Virus record (IMG/VR): IMGVR_UViG_3300035515_000158
Reading direction: 5' to 3' (one strand)
Length of the DNA stretch: 63,143 bases
Origin: a virus
Lineage: Duplodnaviria > Heunggongvirae > Uroviricota > Caudoviricetes
Within the stretch, counting starts at the first letter, position 1. Each line of letters starts with the position of its first letter. The notes beneath the pieces were generated by a model, which saw only the letters and a list, made by a program, of their open reading frames with translations, had not been told where the DNA came from and did not search any database. Positions 20,518 to 30,284 of this stretch are shown here, in pieces. The position numbers were made by a program, and so were the translations under genes.

Positions 20518-22332
20518 TTATGGTTTTATCATCTTGTCAATCAGAGGAATATCTAAATATCTAACTCTTTTAGAACATAAATTTATTTGTTTTTTATTGT
20601 CACCATTCTTAGCTCTCAATAGGTCATCTTTCCTCTGTTCAAAATTCGTAAAAACAAAATCATACAACTCTTTTTTCTTTTCAGGTGTATATTGTTTTAA
20701 TTCAGATAGATATCGTTTTAGAGTTGTGTTTGATATTTCTTTATGATTTGATTGAGATAAAATATAATTAATTTTTTTTAATAATTCAGTATTCTTTAAT
20801 TTAGGATTTTTTTGTTTTATATAATCTACCATTATCATATGTGAATCCTTTTTTAATTGTCGTTCTGATAATGATAGTTGTCTTTGTTCATTTGTATATG
20901 TCTTATTCTTAAAGTTCTGAACCGAGAAGTTAAATGAGTTGTTGAATGTCATATTAAATTCATGGGTAGTGAACTCTGATATGTTTGATGTACCCGGCCA
21001 AGTGTGACAAAATTCTTCATCTTTGTCTGTGTATGCTTGTTTTACTTGTTTTTTAACTTTCGCTTTGAATTTTCTAATGTTGTTAGGTTCAATGTTATAT
21101 ATATCGTTACTATCCCTATAACCCAATTCTTTCGCTAAGTTCCATACAGTGTCACGAGTACAAGTGAAAATGAAGTTGTTTCGAGATTCTTCAAAATCCT
21201 GAGATTGTTTCTTATTTGGTTTAACTTTTACCTTTTCACTTGGTTCATCATCTATCTTACTAATTGTTGTGTCTGATAGTTTGTCCATGAGATTACCCAC
21301 AATAGGAAGTGTGTCTTGATACATTTGTTCCATTGTTGGTGCCTTACTGAAATATCGGTCTCTCATATACTTAGTGTTAAAGAATGAAAACATCTCCTCA
21401 CGTGTTCGGTATCTAATTTCACCATTCACTACATAAGGCATTTTTAGTTCAAGTTGATATTCTCCTAACAAAGCTGTGTAAAAATTCTTAGCCTTCCAGA
21501 ATGTGAATTTCTTGTCACCAAATTTTTTAATGTCATTGATGTATGTTAATGAACGAGTATATTTTCGATAGTTAATCCCTTCTGGTGTAAGTTTTGTAAA
21601 GTCTATATTTGTGATATTAACTTCTTGATACTTATTAGTTGACTTCTCAAATTCATCAACCTTAGACTTAATCAAATCCCAGTTAATACATTTATAGTTA
21701 CAGTCTTTAATCAACCATTGTAATTGAACGTGTTTTGTTTCATGATTCTGAATATAAAAATCAGGTACATGACCATACTCTGCGAACTTTAGAATAACAC
21801 GGTCAATCTCTTTTTGATTGTCAGGTTTTGTACAATCAACATCAATATCAAAAACGATTATGTTTCGTATGTTTCGGGTTAGTCCTGTTCCAACCGCAGA
21901 GTATTCACCATATTTGACACACATATCCAAATAGTTATCCACACCATCTTTAATCATACTGTGTTTCATGTATTTGAATGATGGGAGGTCTTTATATAGT
22001 GAGATGTCATTACTAAACACCTTAAAGTTCAAATATAACTCGATGTATTTGTAAGCACTGGTTCTAAACATGGCCAATTTAGGATCCACATAATATTCAC
22101 AGGTGTTTTTGTAGAATATTTTGTAAGCCCTGAAAAAACAATTACCACGTTGTAATGTAACTAATTGATATTGATAATCAGATAGTTTACCAGATACCCC
22201 ATTTAACTGAGCGGTGGAATCCGTAACAGTAAATGTCCATGTACTTGGTTGTGATTTATTTACTTTAGTAATCTTTATGTAGTGGATATTATCATCATTT
22301 TTAATAATATCTCTTAATGTTATTGTCTTCAT
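20518..22332 (-). CDS. ColE2/pAL5000-type replicase-like protein (AEP primase + PriCT-1 + HTH)
   Basis: IVFDIDVD, PDFYIQNHETKHVQLQW, GDKKFTFWKAKN, SRNNFIF and C-terminal SNTTLKRYL; start moved to MKTITL (22332) to avoid overlap with the 22373 gene. Confidence 0.6.
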   Translation of the reverse strand: MKTITLRDIIKNDDNIHYIKITKVNKSQPSTWTFTVTDSTAQLNGVSGKLSDYQYQLVTLQRGNCFFRAYKIFYKNTCEYYVDPKLAMFRTSAYKYIELYLNFKVFSNDISLYKDLPSFKYMKHSMIKDGVDNYLDMCVKYGEYSAVGTGLTRNIRNIIVFDIDVDCTKPDNQKEIDRVILKFAEYGHVPDFYIQNHETKHVQLQWLIKDCNYKCINWDLIKSKVDEFEKSTNKYQEVNITNIDFTKLTPEGINYRKYTRSLTYINDIKKFGDKKFTFWKAKNFYTALLGEYQLELKMPYVVNGEIRYRTREEMFSFFNTKYMRDRYFSKAPTMEQMYQDTLPIVGNLMDKLSDTTISKIDDEPSEKVKVKPNKKQSQDFEESRNNFIFTCTRDTVWNLAKELGYRDSNDIYNIEPNNIRKFKAKVKKQVKQAYTDKDEEFCHTWPGTSNISEFTTHEFNMTFNNSFNFSVQNFKNKTYTNEQRQLSLSERQLKKDSHMIMVDYIKQKNPKLKNTELLKKINYILSQSNHKEISNTTLKRYLSELKQYTPEKKKELYDFVFTNFEQRKDDLLRAKNGDNKKQINLCSKRVRYLDIPLIDKMIKP

Positions 22333-22372
22333 AAATACATTATACAGTTCAATATTAAAAGTAACAAAACCA

Positions 22373-22948
22373 ATGGGTAATTTGAATAAATCCGTTGACT
22401 TTTTTGATAAGGGTAAAGGTGTGTTCGAGTTGGATAAAGATAGTCTATTATCTAACAAAGTAGTCTTATACCCTGGTCGTTTCTATGTCTTACAATATGT
22501 CACAAAGATAACTGATAGACCAATTAACACGAGACCTGTAATATTAAGTCTTGGAACATCTATCAAGGATCCAGATTCATTCTTATGTATTGACCTTTGT
22601 GTAATTCCCAGAGATATAAGAATCAAGTTCATAGATATTTATTACAACATATTCAAAAAAGAAATTGGTGATAATGTTAAAAAATATTGGATGATTAAAG
22701 ACGCAGACAAACAAGATGAAATTAAATCCTTGACTTACCAAAACCTATTGAAAGTAAAAGATTTTCAACCTATTGTAAAGTTAGCTCTTAAAAGATATAA
22801 AATTAAAAACACCAAAAAGATATACTCAATATTATATGGTGATATTTATAAAGTCCTTGGTAACTTCGCTGATGAGAACTGGTTTATTAATGGTAAAATA
22901 TCTGATGTTCAAAAGGATTTCTTAAAACAATTACAAAAGTTAAGATAA
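22373..22948 (+). CDS. DNA end-protector protein, T4 gp2-like
   Basis: PGRFYVLQY...RPVILSLG...IDLCVIP..IR..F...ALKRY pattern resembles gp2; late promoter at 22330. Confidence 0.5.
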   Translation: MGNLNKSVDFFDKGKGVFELDKDSLLSNKVVLYPGRFYVLQYVTKITDRPINTRPVILSLGTSIKDPDSFLCIDLCVIPRDIRIKFIDIYYNIFKKEIGDNVKKYWMIKDADKQDEIKSLTYQNLLKVKDFQPIVKLALKRYKIKNTKKIYSILYGDIYKVLGNFADENWFINGKISDVQKDFLKQLQKLR

Positions 22949-23532
22949 TGATACCTAATTTTGATGAATATATAAAGGAAGCCCTCTGGAAAGGTGTAAT
23001 TGACCGTTCTAAATCTAATGAACTCAGAAAGGAAGATAGTAATAAATTAACTCAATGGTTAAAGGATGCTAAATATAATGAAATTGATTTTGGTTTAACT
23101 TCAGGTAATTTATGGTTATCCGTTAACTATGGTGAGATGGAAGGTAATCAATTTGGTTCAGGTTTATTTTTAACAATAGATGAAGTAAAAGAAATACATG
23201 AGTTACTACCACCTAAGTATAAGATAGCCAGTGAATGGGATCTTAGAGAATTGATTACCCACTTTGGTTTCCATCTTAGTTCATATAGTAATAAATATAA
23301 GACAAGTTGTTATTATTATACTAATTATAAAGAGAAACTTAGATTTCCATTGGTTGGTACATATTGGGGAGAGACTTTTTCACAACCATCCAATGTTTGT
23401 TTATTTACCTATGATGAATCTTATGAAAAAGTAAAGAATGTTATATTAGGTAAAGACAAAAATATAGACATAAGATTAATGGATGACAACAGTAAAATGA
23501 GATTACCAATACGATTAATAAAAGAAAAATAA
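22948..23532 (+). CDS. Probable internal head protein; DUF1566/Fib_succ_major-like domain after a shared leader
   Basis: N-terminus FDEYIKEALWKGVIDRSKSNE; IDFGLTSGNLW...LPPKYKIASEWDLRELI...LRFPLVG resembles the Bacteroidota VDLGLPSGTLW domain. Confidence 0.5.
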   Translation: MIPNFDEYIKEALWKGVIDRSKSNELRKEDSNKLTQWLKDAKYNEIDFGLTSGNLWLSVNYGEMEGNQFGSGLFLTIDEVKEIHELLPPKYKIASEWDLRELITHFGFHLSSYSNKYKTSCYYYTNYKEKLRFPLVGTYWGETFSQPSNVCLFTYDESYEKVKNVILGKDKNIDIRLMDDNSKMRLPIRLIKEK

Positions 23533-23533
23533 A

Positions 23534-24259
23534 ATGATAAAAAAATTTGAAGAATATATAGAGGAAGCTCTTTGGAAAGGTGTAATTGACCGTTCCAAAT
23601 CTAATGAAAAACGATTGGAAGATGGTAAGAAAGTTATGACATCACTTGGAATAGAAGCCATTATAAAGGATCCTGATTGTGAATATGAGGTTTATATTAA
23701 AGACCTATTAAACACAGTTGATAAGAGTGAAGAATTCCAAATTAGTATATTACGTCTCCAAGATTACGGTCCGGATGAACAGAAAAACATCATAAAAGGT
23801 TCATGTGACTATGACTATAAAATAACTGATGAAAGAAACTTATCAATAGTCGCTGGTTTTCCCTCATACAATGATTTACAGGAAATGACATATACATCTT
23901 ATGGTGATGATATCTGTGAGGAAGATTATATTAGTGTGTGTCATGCTGTTGGTACTAAGTTACAAGAAACCGTTATAAGTAAATCAAATGAGGATAAGAA
24001 GTTTTATTTTGAATTGATTGATGAAGACACTACTTGGAATTATATATCTCGACAACATGATTCAGAAGATGAGGATGATTATTATGATGATCCATTAGAT
24101 GCTTTTAGAGAATGTTTTGAAGAAAAATTCCCTGATGTTGAACTTCATTTCTGGAGTTTTGCTGGTTATGGTTATAATATAGGTATTGAAATTGATTATG
24201 ACAATACTTTAATATATAATGAATGTGTTGAATTTACAGAGGATTTTTTTGAAGCATGA
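23534..24259 (+). CDS. Probable internal head protein, acidic
   Basis: Same leader (FEEYIEEALWKGVIDRSKSNE) as the previous gene with an unrelated C-terminus. Confidence 0.55.
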   Translation: MIKKFEEYIEEALWKGVIDRSKSNEKRLEDGKKVMTSLGIEAIIKDPDCEYEVYIKDLLNTVDKSEEFQISILRLQDYGPDEQKNIIKGSCDYDYKITDERNLSIVAGFPSYNDLQEMTYTSYGDDICEEDYISVCHAVGTKLQETVISKSNEDKKFYFELIDEDTTWNYISRQHDSEDEDDYYDDPLDAFRECFEEKFPDVELHFWSFAGYGYNIGIEIDYDNTLIYNECVEFTEDFFEA

Positions 24260-24543
24260 TATTAGAAGATTTGAATAAAGGACTTACTGAGTTAGGTTTT
24301 GAGATAACAGATGATAATTATAAAATCGAAATCACAAAAGAAACTCCTGTAATTTTATATAATGGTCAACAAGCTATCAAACAAGATAAAGTTGTTGCCC
24401 AGTTAAAATATATAGGTTCCGGTGGTGAACTCGATGAAAATGGTGACATAATTGAAGGAAGGGAACTTCATGGATTTGACATTAATGATACTACGATTTA
24501 TGTCACTGATGTTAATGATATGAAAGGTTGGCTAAATTTATGA
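24256..24543 (+). CDS. Hypothetical protein
   Basis: 95-aa ORF with ATGA overlap coupling. Confidence 0.65.
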   Translation: MILEDLNKGLTELGFEITDDNYKIEITKETPVILYNGQQAIKQDKVVAQLKYIGSGGELDENGDIIEGRELHGFDINDTTIYVTDVNDMKGWLNL

Positions 24544-24767
24544 AAAGATTGTTGAGATTTTTCAAGGCACTCATTAAATATGTAAGATATGGTAAAAGAG
24601 TAAGTTATCGGACATATATAATGAGGTTGTCGATATGTGAAAGATGTCCACATTTAGATAAGGATAAATGGACTTGTGGTGAGTGTGGGTGTTTTGTAGA
24701 TAAGAAAGCTAAAATGGATACTGAAACTTGTCCAAAATATAGATGGAATATTCAGAGCTGGGACTAA
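24540..24767 (+). CDS. Small Cys-rich zinc-binding protein, DUF6171-like
   Basis: RLSICERC...CGECGCF..KKAK....CPKYRW; ATGA overlap at 24540. Confidence 0.6.
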   Translation: MKRLLRFFKALIKYVRYGKRVSYRTYIMRLSICERCPHLDKDKWTCGECGCFVDKKAKMDTETCPKYRWNIQSWD

Positions 24768-24813
24768 TTACTCAGCTCTTTTTCATAAATACCTTATAGA
24801 GAATTAATTCAAA

Positions 24814-26814
24814 ATGAAAAACTTATTAAATTTTGATCAATATAGACAACAAGTGAGAATATACGAAGCTCAGGTATATCAACAAGAAATGAAAAAACTC
24901 AATGAAGGTCTTATTACTAAATTGAAGAAACATAAGGCCACCAAAGTAGTTGATAAGATTCTTGCTGATGAAATTGCCATGGGTCGAGATTTTGAAGAAA
25001 GAATTAAAGAAACCCTTGCTGAGATAAAAAGAGCTTGTGATGAACTGAAAGAAAAATCTAAAACAAGTTCTGAGTTCACACAAAGAGTAAATGGTATAAT
25101 AGATGAAATTAATAAGGTTTCATTTGATACGTTGTCTTTATTAGGTGATCAGGATATTGACTTTTCTGGTTTTAGAACATCTGTAATCATGGCCAATGTT
25201 GCTAAGTTTGGTGCCATCTTTAGTCCTATCAAAAATGGATTAATGATAAAGAAAGCTTATGACTATTTTATTGGTCTTATTAAACAAACCATCCGTAAGG
25301 ATTTGATTATGTTGATAGTTAATTTTGATCAATTCCAAAATACAGTCCTTCAACGTTCATTAGAGTCTGTCGAAAATGCTCGTAACCAATCTGAAATAGA
25401 CCAAGCCATAGGTGCTACTAAAAATGAATTTGAAAAGATTATCTCTGGATTAATAAAGAATGATAGAAAGAAACAACAAGAGTGGTTAAAGGTTCAGAAG
25501 GATTTAAGAAAAGACCAAGAAGAAAGAAGAAAAACTAACCCGGTGTTAAATGTCTTTGCAAACGCCTACGATAACACCTATAAGATGACTTCTGAGGCCT
25601 TGAAATCTTACACCACAGAAGATACTCAAAAACAATTAGATGCCCTTAAAAATAGTATAAATAGACTTGGTTCAGGTAATGAAGACTTATCTATCTATGG
25701 TGAGTTATTAATCGCCGCCGCTGAGGAAAAATCATTAAAGACATCTAATGCAATTCATAGTAATTTCTTAAAGTTATCTGAAGTATTTAAGTTGTCGAAT
25801 CAGAAAAATCTTATTGAATTGATTTCAGAAGCAGAGAAAGAGGAACAGAAAAGAATCAATGAGGAAACAAAAGAAACAAAAAAGAAATTTGATGGTGACT
25901 ATTTTGAGGCCAGACTTGAATTTTTGAAGTCTGAATTTGAAAAGATTAAGAAAGATAAAGATTTGGGTAGTATATCATTAAAGGAAATTGAAAAACTCAA
26001 AGATGATGAGGTTGAATTTAAGTTTAGTGATGACGATTCAGGTATGGATAAGAAAGAGACTAAGACTAAATATGACATCTTAACCGAATATTTATCAAAC
26101 ACAGAAGGTATTGATGATATTATTGAAAGTTGTAGTTATGATTTAAGAATGTTAATCATTAATCAAGACGTAAATGAAGGACATTCTTATAGAGATTATA
26201 TGACTGTTCTGGGTGAAACTGTTGATAAGATGGTTGTTGACGCTGGAACATATTCAGATAAAGAGTATTATCTTGATTTCTCAGCTCTTGATAGTGTGGA
26301 TGAAATTGAAAAGGTACTTAAATATTTCAAACCTACAAAGAAAGGTGAGAAAGATAGAGATAAACAAAATCTAATGTTATCATATATAGATAGTTTAACA
26401 AAATTCCCATATGAGGTATTGGTAGAAAAACTTAATGACATCTATACTGAGAAAGAATATGATAAAATACTTGATAAATTTAAATCATATAGAAAGAAAC
26501 TGGAAAAATGGAAAAAAACTGTTGATGAAGATAAGAGAAAAGAAGCAAGTGAGAAATTAAAAAACTTTAAAAAACTGGGACCTGATGGGTATGTTAAAAG
26601 TAAAAGGACAGAAGGTAGTACAGAAGAAGAAGGAAAACTTAAAGAGGAATATAATGAGGAACTTAAAAAACACGAAAAAACTGTCAAGGATACTGATCGT
26701 CCAAAATCACCAATCAGAACATCATTAAATAAGGATGACTATAAAAATCTCAAAGAAGGTTTCAAAAATATGAGAGAACATATATCTGGTGAAAAAACAG
26801 AACATGATAAATAA
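24814..26814 (+). CDS. Large charged coiled-coil protein, possible internal head protein
   Basis: 666 aa, K/E-rich; N-terminus MKNLLNFDQY...LNE resembles capsid-targeting leaders; late promoter at 24784. Confidence 0.5.
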   Translation: MKNLLNFDQYRQQVRIYEAQVYQQEMKKLNEGLITKLKKHKATKVVDKILADEIAMGRDFEERIKETLAEIKRACDELKEKSKTSSEFTQRVNGIIDEINKVSFDTLSLLGDQDIDFSGFRTSVIMANVAKFGAIFSPIKNGLMIKKAYDYFIGLIKQTIRKDLIMLIVNFDQFQNTVLQRSLESVENARNQSEIDQAIGATKNEFEKIISGLIKNDRKKQQEWLKVQKDLRKDQEERRKTNPVLNVFANAYDNTYKMTSEALKSYTTEDTQKQLDALKNSINRLGSGNEDLSIYGELLIAAAEEKSLKTSNAIHSNFLKLSEVFKLSNQKNLIELISEAEKEEQKRINEETKETKKKFDGDYFEARLEFLKSEFEKIKKDKDLGSISLKEIEKLKDDEVEFKFSDDDSGMDKKETKTKYDILTEYLSNTEGIDDIIESCSYDLRMLIINQDVNEGHSYRDYMTVLGETVDKMVVDAGTYSDKEYYLDFSALDSVDEIEKVLKYFKPTKKGEKDRDKQNLMLSYIDSLTKFPYEVLVEKLNDIYTEKEYDKILDKFKSYRKKLEKWKKTVDEDKRKEASEKLKNFKKLGPDGYVKSKRTEGSTEEEGKLKEEYNEELKKHEKTVKDTDRPKSPIRTSLNKDDYKNLKEGFKNMREHISGEKTEHDK

Positions 26815-26817
26815 AAT

Positions 26818-26845
26818 AAAGGTTGGAAAGTTAATCCCAACCTTT
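26818..26845. terminator. Bidirectional terminator (related hairpin at 34788-34818)
   Basis: AAAGGTTGG/CCAACCTTT between convergent genes. Confidence 0.75.
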
Positions 26846-26846
26846 C

Positions 26847-27575
26847 TTATTTTTTTAGAAACATATCATATAATTTCTGAATAAATGCGGTGTGTGACAT
26901 ACTACTGTCAAAATATCCAACCCATCTACAATCGTTCCAATCGAGTTCACCTTCTTCACAATGGAACTCATCAAAATTAGGTACACCTTCTTCACCAATA
27001 AAGTTATAATACAATGAGAATATGATTATTCCATTTTCTTCTCTGTAATTAAAGGTGTTACACATCTCAATGAATTTATGTTTATTCATAGGACTTGGAA
27101 TGTGTGGGTTAAAAAATTTACAACCAATACCTTTGTTTGGGAATCTTTCAAAGGTCTGAATTAATCTTTGAAACCAAACTCTCTCCGCAGCTTCCTGTAA
27201 GAAATAAGGCATGTCCGGTTTGTCATAGATTTTCATGTATCTTGGTTGTGTGTCACTCCATTCGGTGTCTTTAGTAATGAATTGGTCATCACTCCAAAAT
27301 ACGAAATCATCAGTTAAATCAGGAATGGTTTCAATAGCCTTCCTAATTTTTTCAATAATGTTAGCATCTTTGTCTTCATAAGGATCATCTTGATAAATCC
27401 AAATAATATCATCACCTAAAGACTTAATTTTTGGGGTTTGGGAAACGATAATTATTCGATTTACAAATTTACAATACTTTCTGATAGATGCAATAGTTAC
27501 CCTTATTTCAAAATTCTTGTTCTCAAAAGACTTTGTACTAAGGGGAATAATAATGTCATGTTTATCATTACTCAT
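26847..27575 (-). CDS. Stealth/CpsY-like sugar-phosphotransferase-related protein
   Basis: EIRVTIASIRKY...RIIIV and IPDLTDDFVFWSDDQF match Stealth CR1/CR2-like motifs. Confidence 0.55.
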   Translation of the reverse strand: MSNDKHDIIIPLSTKSFENKNFEIRVTIASIRKYCKFVNRIIIVSQTPKIKSLGDDIIWIYQDDPYEDKDANIIEKIRKAIETIPDLTDDFVFWSDDQFITKDTEWSDTQPRYMKIYDKPDMPYFLQEAAERVWFQRLIQTFERFPNKGIGCKFFNPHIPSPMNKHKFIEMCNTFNYREENGIIIFSLYYNFIGEEGVPNFDEFHCEEGELDWNDCRWVGYFDSSMSHTAFIQKLYDMFLKK

Positions 27576-27640
27576 TTGAAAATCATAAATAACTTATATA
27601 GATATTTATGTAAAATATAATAAAAATCATTTAGGATGAT

Positions 27641-28570
27641 ATGTCATTAGGAGTTCCAACAAGATTTTATGATTACGTTTTATATTACGAATGTGGTATA
27701 AATGAACGTTTAAGTTCTTCATATTTTTTACCTAATAAAGTGGGTTCATTATCTGCTGGTTCATTGGGTAGTTATGTGAAGTGGAACGCCAGTGGTAATA
27801 ATGTCGGTGATGGTGCTGGTATTACAAGATTTGGTGTTACAGGTGTTGCTATTACTGCATATAAAAATTGGTCACATAATAACTCATATACCTTGAATAG
27901 TTATGCGACTTGGAAACAGATAGTTGGGTATTTTTGGTCAGATGCTCACTCATATGAATGTGCTAACTATGCCTGTGGTGTATTATTATGTCAAGGTAAA
28001 TGGGGAGGTTGGAGTAGTACCGCATTAAAAAAATGTTGTAGTGAATTGGCTAAAAATGCGGATAAATCAACATCAGGAATATCATTAAATGGTTCATATT
28101 CATCTATTGCTAAATTAACCAACTGTTTTTCCAATCCTATGAATGCTTTTGTAATAATAAGAAATTGTAGGATTTCATATCTTAGAAGTTGTGGTAATGC
28201 ATCTAAATTCGCTGGTGGATGGATGAGACGAGAGTTTTTCGCCATGCAGGAAGATGGTCTTTATATTGAACCCGGAACAAAATCATTCACAACTTATGGT
28301 ACAGCATCTATTGCAACAATGAAATCCGCGGCCTCTAAATTAAAGAGTAATTCAAGTAGTGGATATGTTAAATTGATGTCATGGGATGGAACACCAGACA
28401 TAGCAACAGATGATGGTGTTGTAGATATATTAAGTTCATCTGGAGATTCTTATTCATCAAATGTATATCAATCACCTGTGGATGGTGGAATATTATCAAC
28501 CGGATTAAATAGTAAGAATAATACTGTTGGTACTGTTCTTGGATTAAGTATACGACAAAAAACAAATTAA
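27641..28570 (+). CDS. GH108-like peptidoglycan muramidase, possibly virion/baseplate associated
   Basis: YECG..., GDGAGITRFGVT, YFW, KFAGGWMRR motifs. Confidence 0.6.
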   Translation: MSLGVPTRFYDYVLYYECGINERLSSSYFLPNKVGSLSAGSLGSYVKWNASGNNVGDGAGITRFGVTGVAITAYKNWSHNNSYTLNSYATWKQIVGYFWSDAHSYECANYACGVLLCQGKWGGWSSTALKKCCSELAKNADKSTSGISLNGSYSSIAKLTNCFSNPMNAFVIIRNCRISYLRSCGNASKFAGGWMRREFFAMQEDGLYIEPGTKSFTTYGTASIATMKSAASKLKSNSSSGYVKLMSWDGTPDIATDDGVVDILSSSGDSYSSNVYQSPVDGGILSTGLNSKNNTVGTVLGLSIRQKTN

Positions 28571-28581
28571 ATATAAAAAAC

Positions 28582-28612
28582 AAAGGAGAGGATTTAATTT
28601 CCTCTCCTTTTT
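28582..28612. terminator. Bidirectional intrinsic terminator, exact reverse complement of 18907-18935
   Basis: AAAGGAGAGGATTTAATTTCCTCTCCTTT between convergent genes. Confidence 0.85.
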
Positions 28613-28776
28613 TAATTTTCAACAATGTAGTTTCCTGACCAAAGATTATCTGAATTATAAGAGTATGTCAAACAACTTGAATCTTTATTTTCTACATATT
28701 CTGGGATGATGTCTTTTACTGTTGACGTGAAATATAAATCATCCAACTCTGTTTTACTACAATTTACGTTTTCCAT
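28612..28776 (-). CDS. Small hypothetical protein (54 aa, MENVNCSKTELDD...)
   Basis: Read by hand; fills the gap between the UvsY-like gene and a bidirectional terminator. Confidence 0.45.
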   Translation of the reverse strand: MENVNCSKTELDDLYFTSTVKDIIPEYVENKDSSCLTYSYNSDNLWSGNYIVEN

Positions 28777-28777
28777 G

Positions 28778-29233
28778 TTATACCAACTGATTACTTACTA
28801 TTTCTATTTTATTTTTAATCGCAAACCCAAGATTATCGAGGGTTTTAACAGTTTCCTCTAAAAACATTATTTGTCTTGAAATCAATTTAATCTGTCTATT
28901 CAAAGAAGCATAATCACCACTAAGACTAACTTTTTTATCAACTGCTGATACTTTACGAGCTGATTGATTTTCATATTCATCACTTCTTTTTTGAATAACT
29001 TTATCATAAGATTCCTGACGTTTATCACAAAGGATACGATACTCTGCCAATTTATCTTGAATAATTTGTCTATATGATAATTGAATAACCTGAGCTTCTG
29101 TGAGTTTCCTATTATCTTTGATACAGTCAATCACATCAAACATTTTTTTATTCCAATCATCACGTTCAGATTTGAATCTATCTTCAAGTTCTTTATTTAT
29201 CTCCTGTGTTTTCGTTTCGTCTATCGCTTTCAT
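28778..29233 (-). CDS. Recombination mediator, UvsY-like
   Basis: Helical protein ending QIMFLEETVKTLDNLGFAIKNKIE, similar to the UvsY C-terminus; UvsW-like gene in the same region. Confidence 0.5.
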   Translation of the reverse strand: MKAIDETKTQEINKELEDRFKSERDDWNKKMFDVIDCIKDNRKLTEAQVIQLSYRQIIQDKLAEYRILCDKRQESYDKVIQKRSDEYENQSARKVSAVDKKVSLSGDYASLNRQIKLISRQIMFLEETVKTLDNLGFAIKNKIEIVSNQLV

Positions 29234-29378
29234 TAAGTTTAAAATCAATTATTAAATCATCAATAATCTTCATAGTCCTCTCATCTGGTCTGAAAGATGA
29301 AATGTATTTTAATTTCTTTTCTTTCTTAGTTAGGACTTTCTGAAATTCTTCAAATTCTTGGTTTATTTGTTCTCCCAT
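29193..29378 (-). CDS. Small hypothetical protein
   Basis: 61-aa ORF downstream of a TTTGTTATTTTTA motif. Confidence 0.4.
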   Translation of the reverse strand: MGEQINQEFEEFQKVLTKKEKKLKYISSFRPDERTMKIIDDLIIDFKLNESDRRNENTGDK

Positions 29379-29414
29379 GACTTTTAATTTCTAACTAAAT
29401 TAAAAATAACAAAA

Positions 29415-30284
29415 TTAGAGGGAAAGAATCATGTCAATTAATTCTTGTTGAGGGAACATATCAAATTTATCTGTACGAATATTGGCGTGTGTAATTAAAC
29501 CTTTTGTTTTACCATTATAAGCGTCAGCATGGAACTCAAAGGCATTTACACCTTCACTTTTTATCCATGAATATATACCTGTGTGGAGGTCTATACTATC
29601 TCGATTGGCTACATATAACAACAAAGACTTTAATGATTCTAATTGTTTATCTGAGTATCTGTGCCATTGGGTGTATCCTCTAAATGCCTTTGATAGAGTT
29701 ACAATTTGAGATGTCTGAACTGTGGTATTTACATAACTTTTTCCATTTTTTACCCAACCAATATTACAGTTCTCTATACCAACCGCATGTGTATTCATAT
29801 AAGATGAACCTGAATTACCAATATGATAACCTTGACAACCTTCCGGGAATGTTCTAATTATTTTTCCATCATAGGTACTTCTACCATCTGTACTTCTAAT
29901 TCCACCTATTACAAATTCAGTAGCAACTCTACCTTGTGAATCATTATTCCATGTATCTACTACTTGTTCAGGCGAATCATGACCGGCTGTGTGATGTAAA
30001 ACAATATACTCATTCTTGTATGTTCCGGTTAAATATTGTCCGGAGTTTAGAAATTTATTTGTGATAATAGGAATTGAAGTGATAATGTTTGAACTACCCT
30101 TCTGTTGTAATACTGACCATGTTTTATCACCAACAACACCATCCACTGTTAATCCATTCTTTAGTTGAAATTGTTTAACCGCAGTTTCTGTGTTCGCACC
30201 AAAAATACCATCAGCAGTTAGACCAAGGAGTTTCTGTAATGTCTTAACAGATTCACCTTTACTACCTTTTTTCAATGTTTCCAT
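29415..30284 (-). CDS. Endolysin: PG_binding_1 + N-acetylmuramoyl-L-alanine amidase (Amidase_2)
   Basis: LKKGSKGESVKTLQKLL...ADGIFG...FQ...GLTVDGVVG; IVLHHTAG, AVGIENCN, ITHANI. Confidence 0.85.
   Translation of the reverse strand: METLKKGSKGESVKTLQKLLGLTADGIFGANTETAVKQFQLKNGLTVDGVVGDKTWSVLQQKGSSNIITSIPIITNKFLNSGQYLTGTYKNEYIVLHHTAGHDSPEQVVDTWNNDSQGRVATEFVIGGIRSTDGRSTYDGKIIRTFPEGCQGYHIGNSGSSYMNTHAVGIENCNIGWVKNGKSYVNTTVQTSQIVTLSKAFRGYTQWHRYSDKQLESLKSLLLYVANRDSIDLHTGIYSWIKSEGVNAFEFHADAYNGKTKGLITHANIRTDKFDMFPQQELIDMILSL

Noticed and set aside
22333-22458. Upstream TTG start for the replicase-like gene
   Set aside because: Would overlap the gp2-like gene and its promoter; ATG at 22332 fits better
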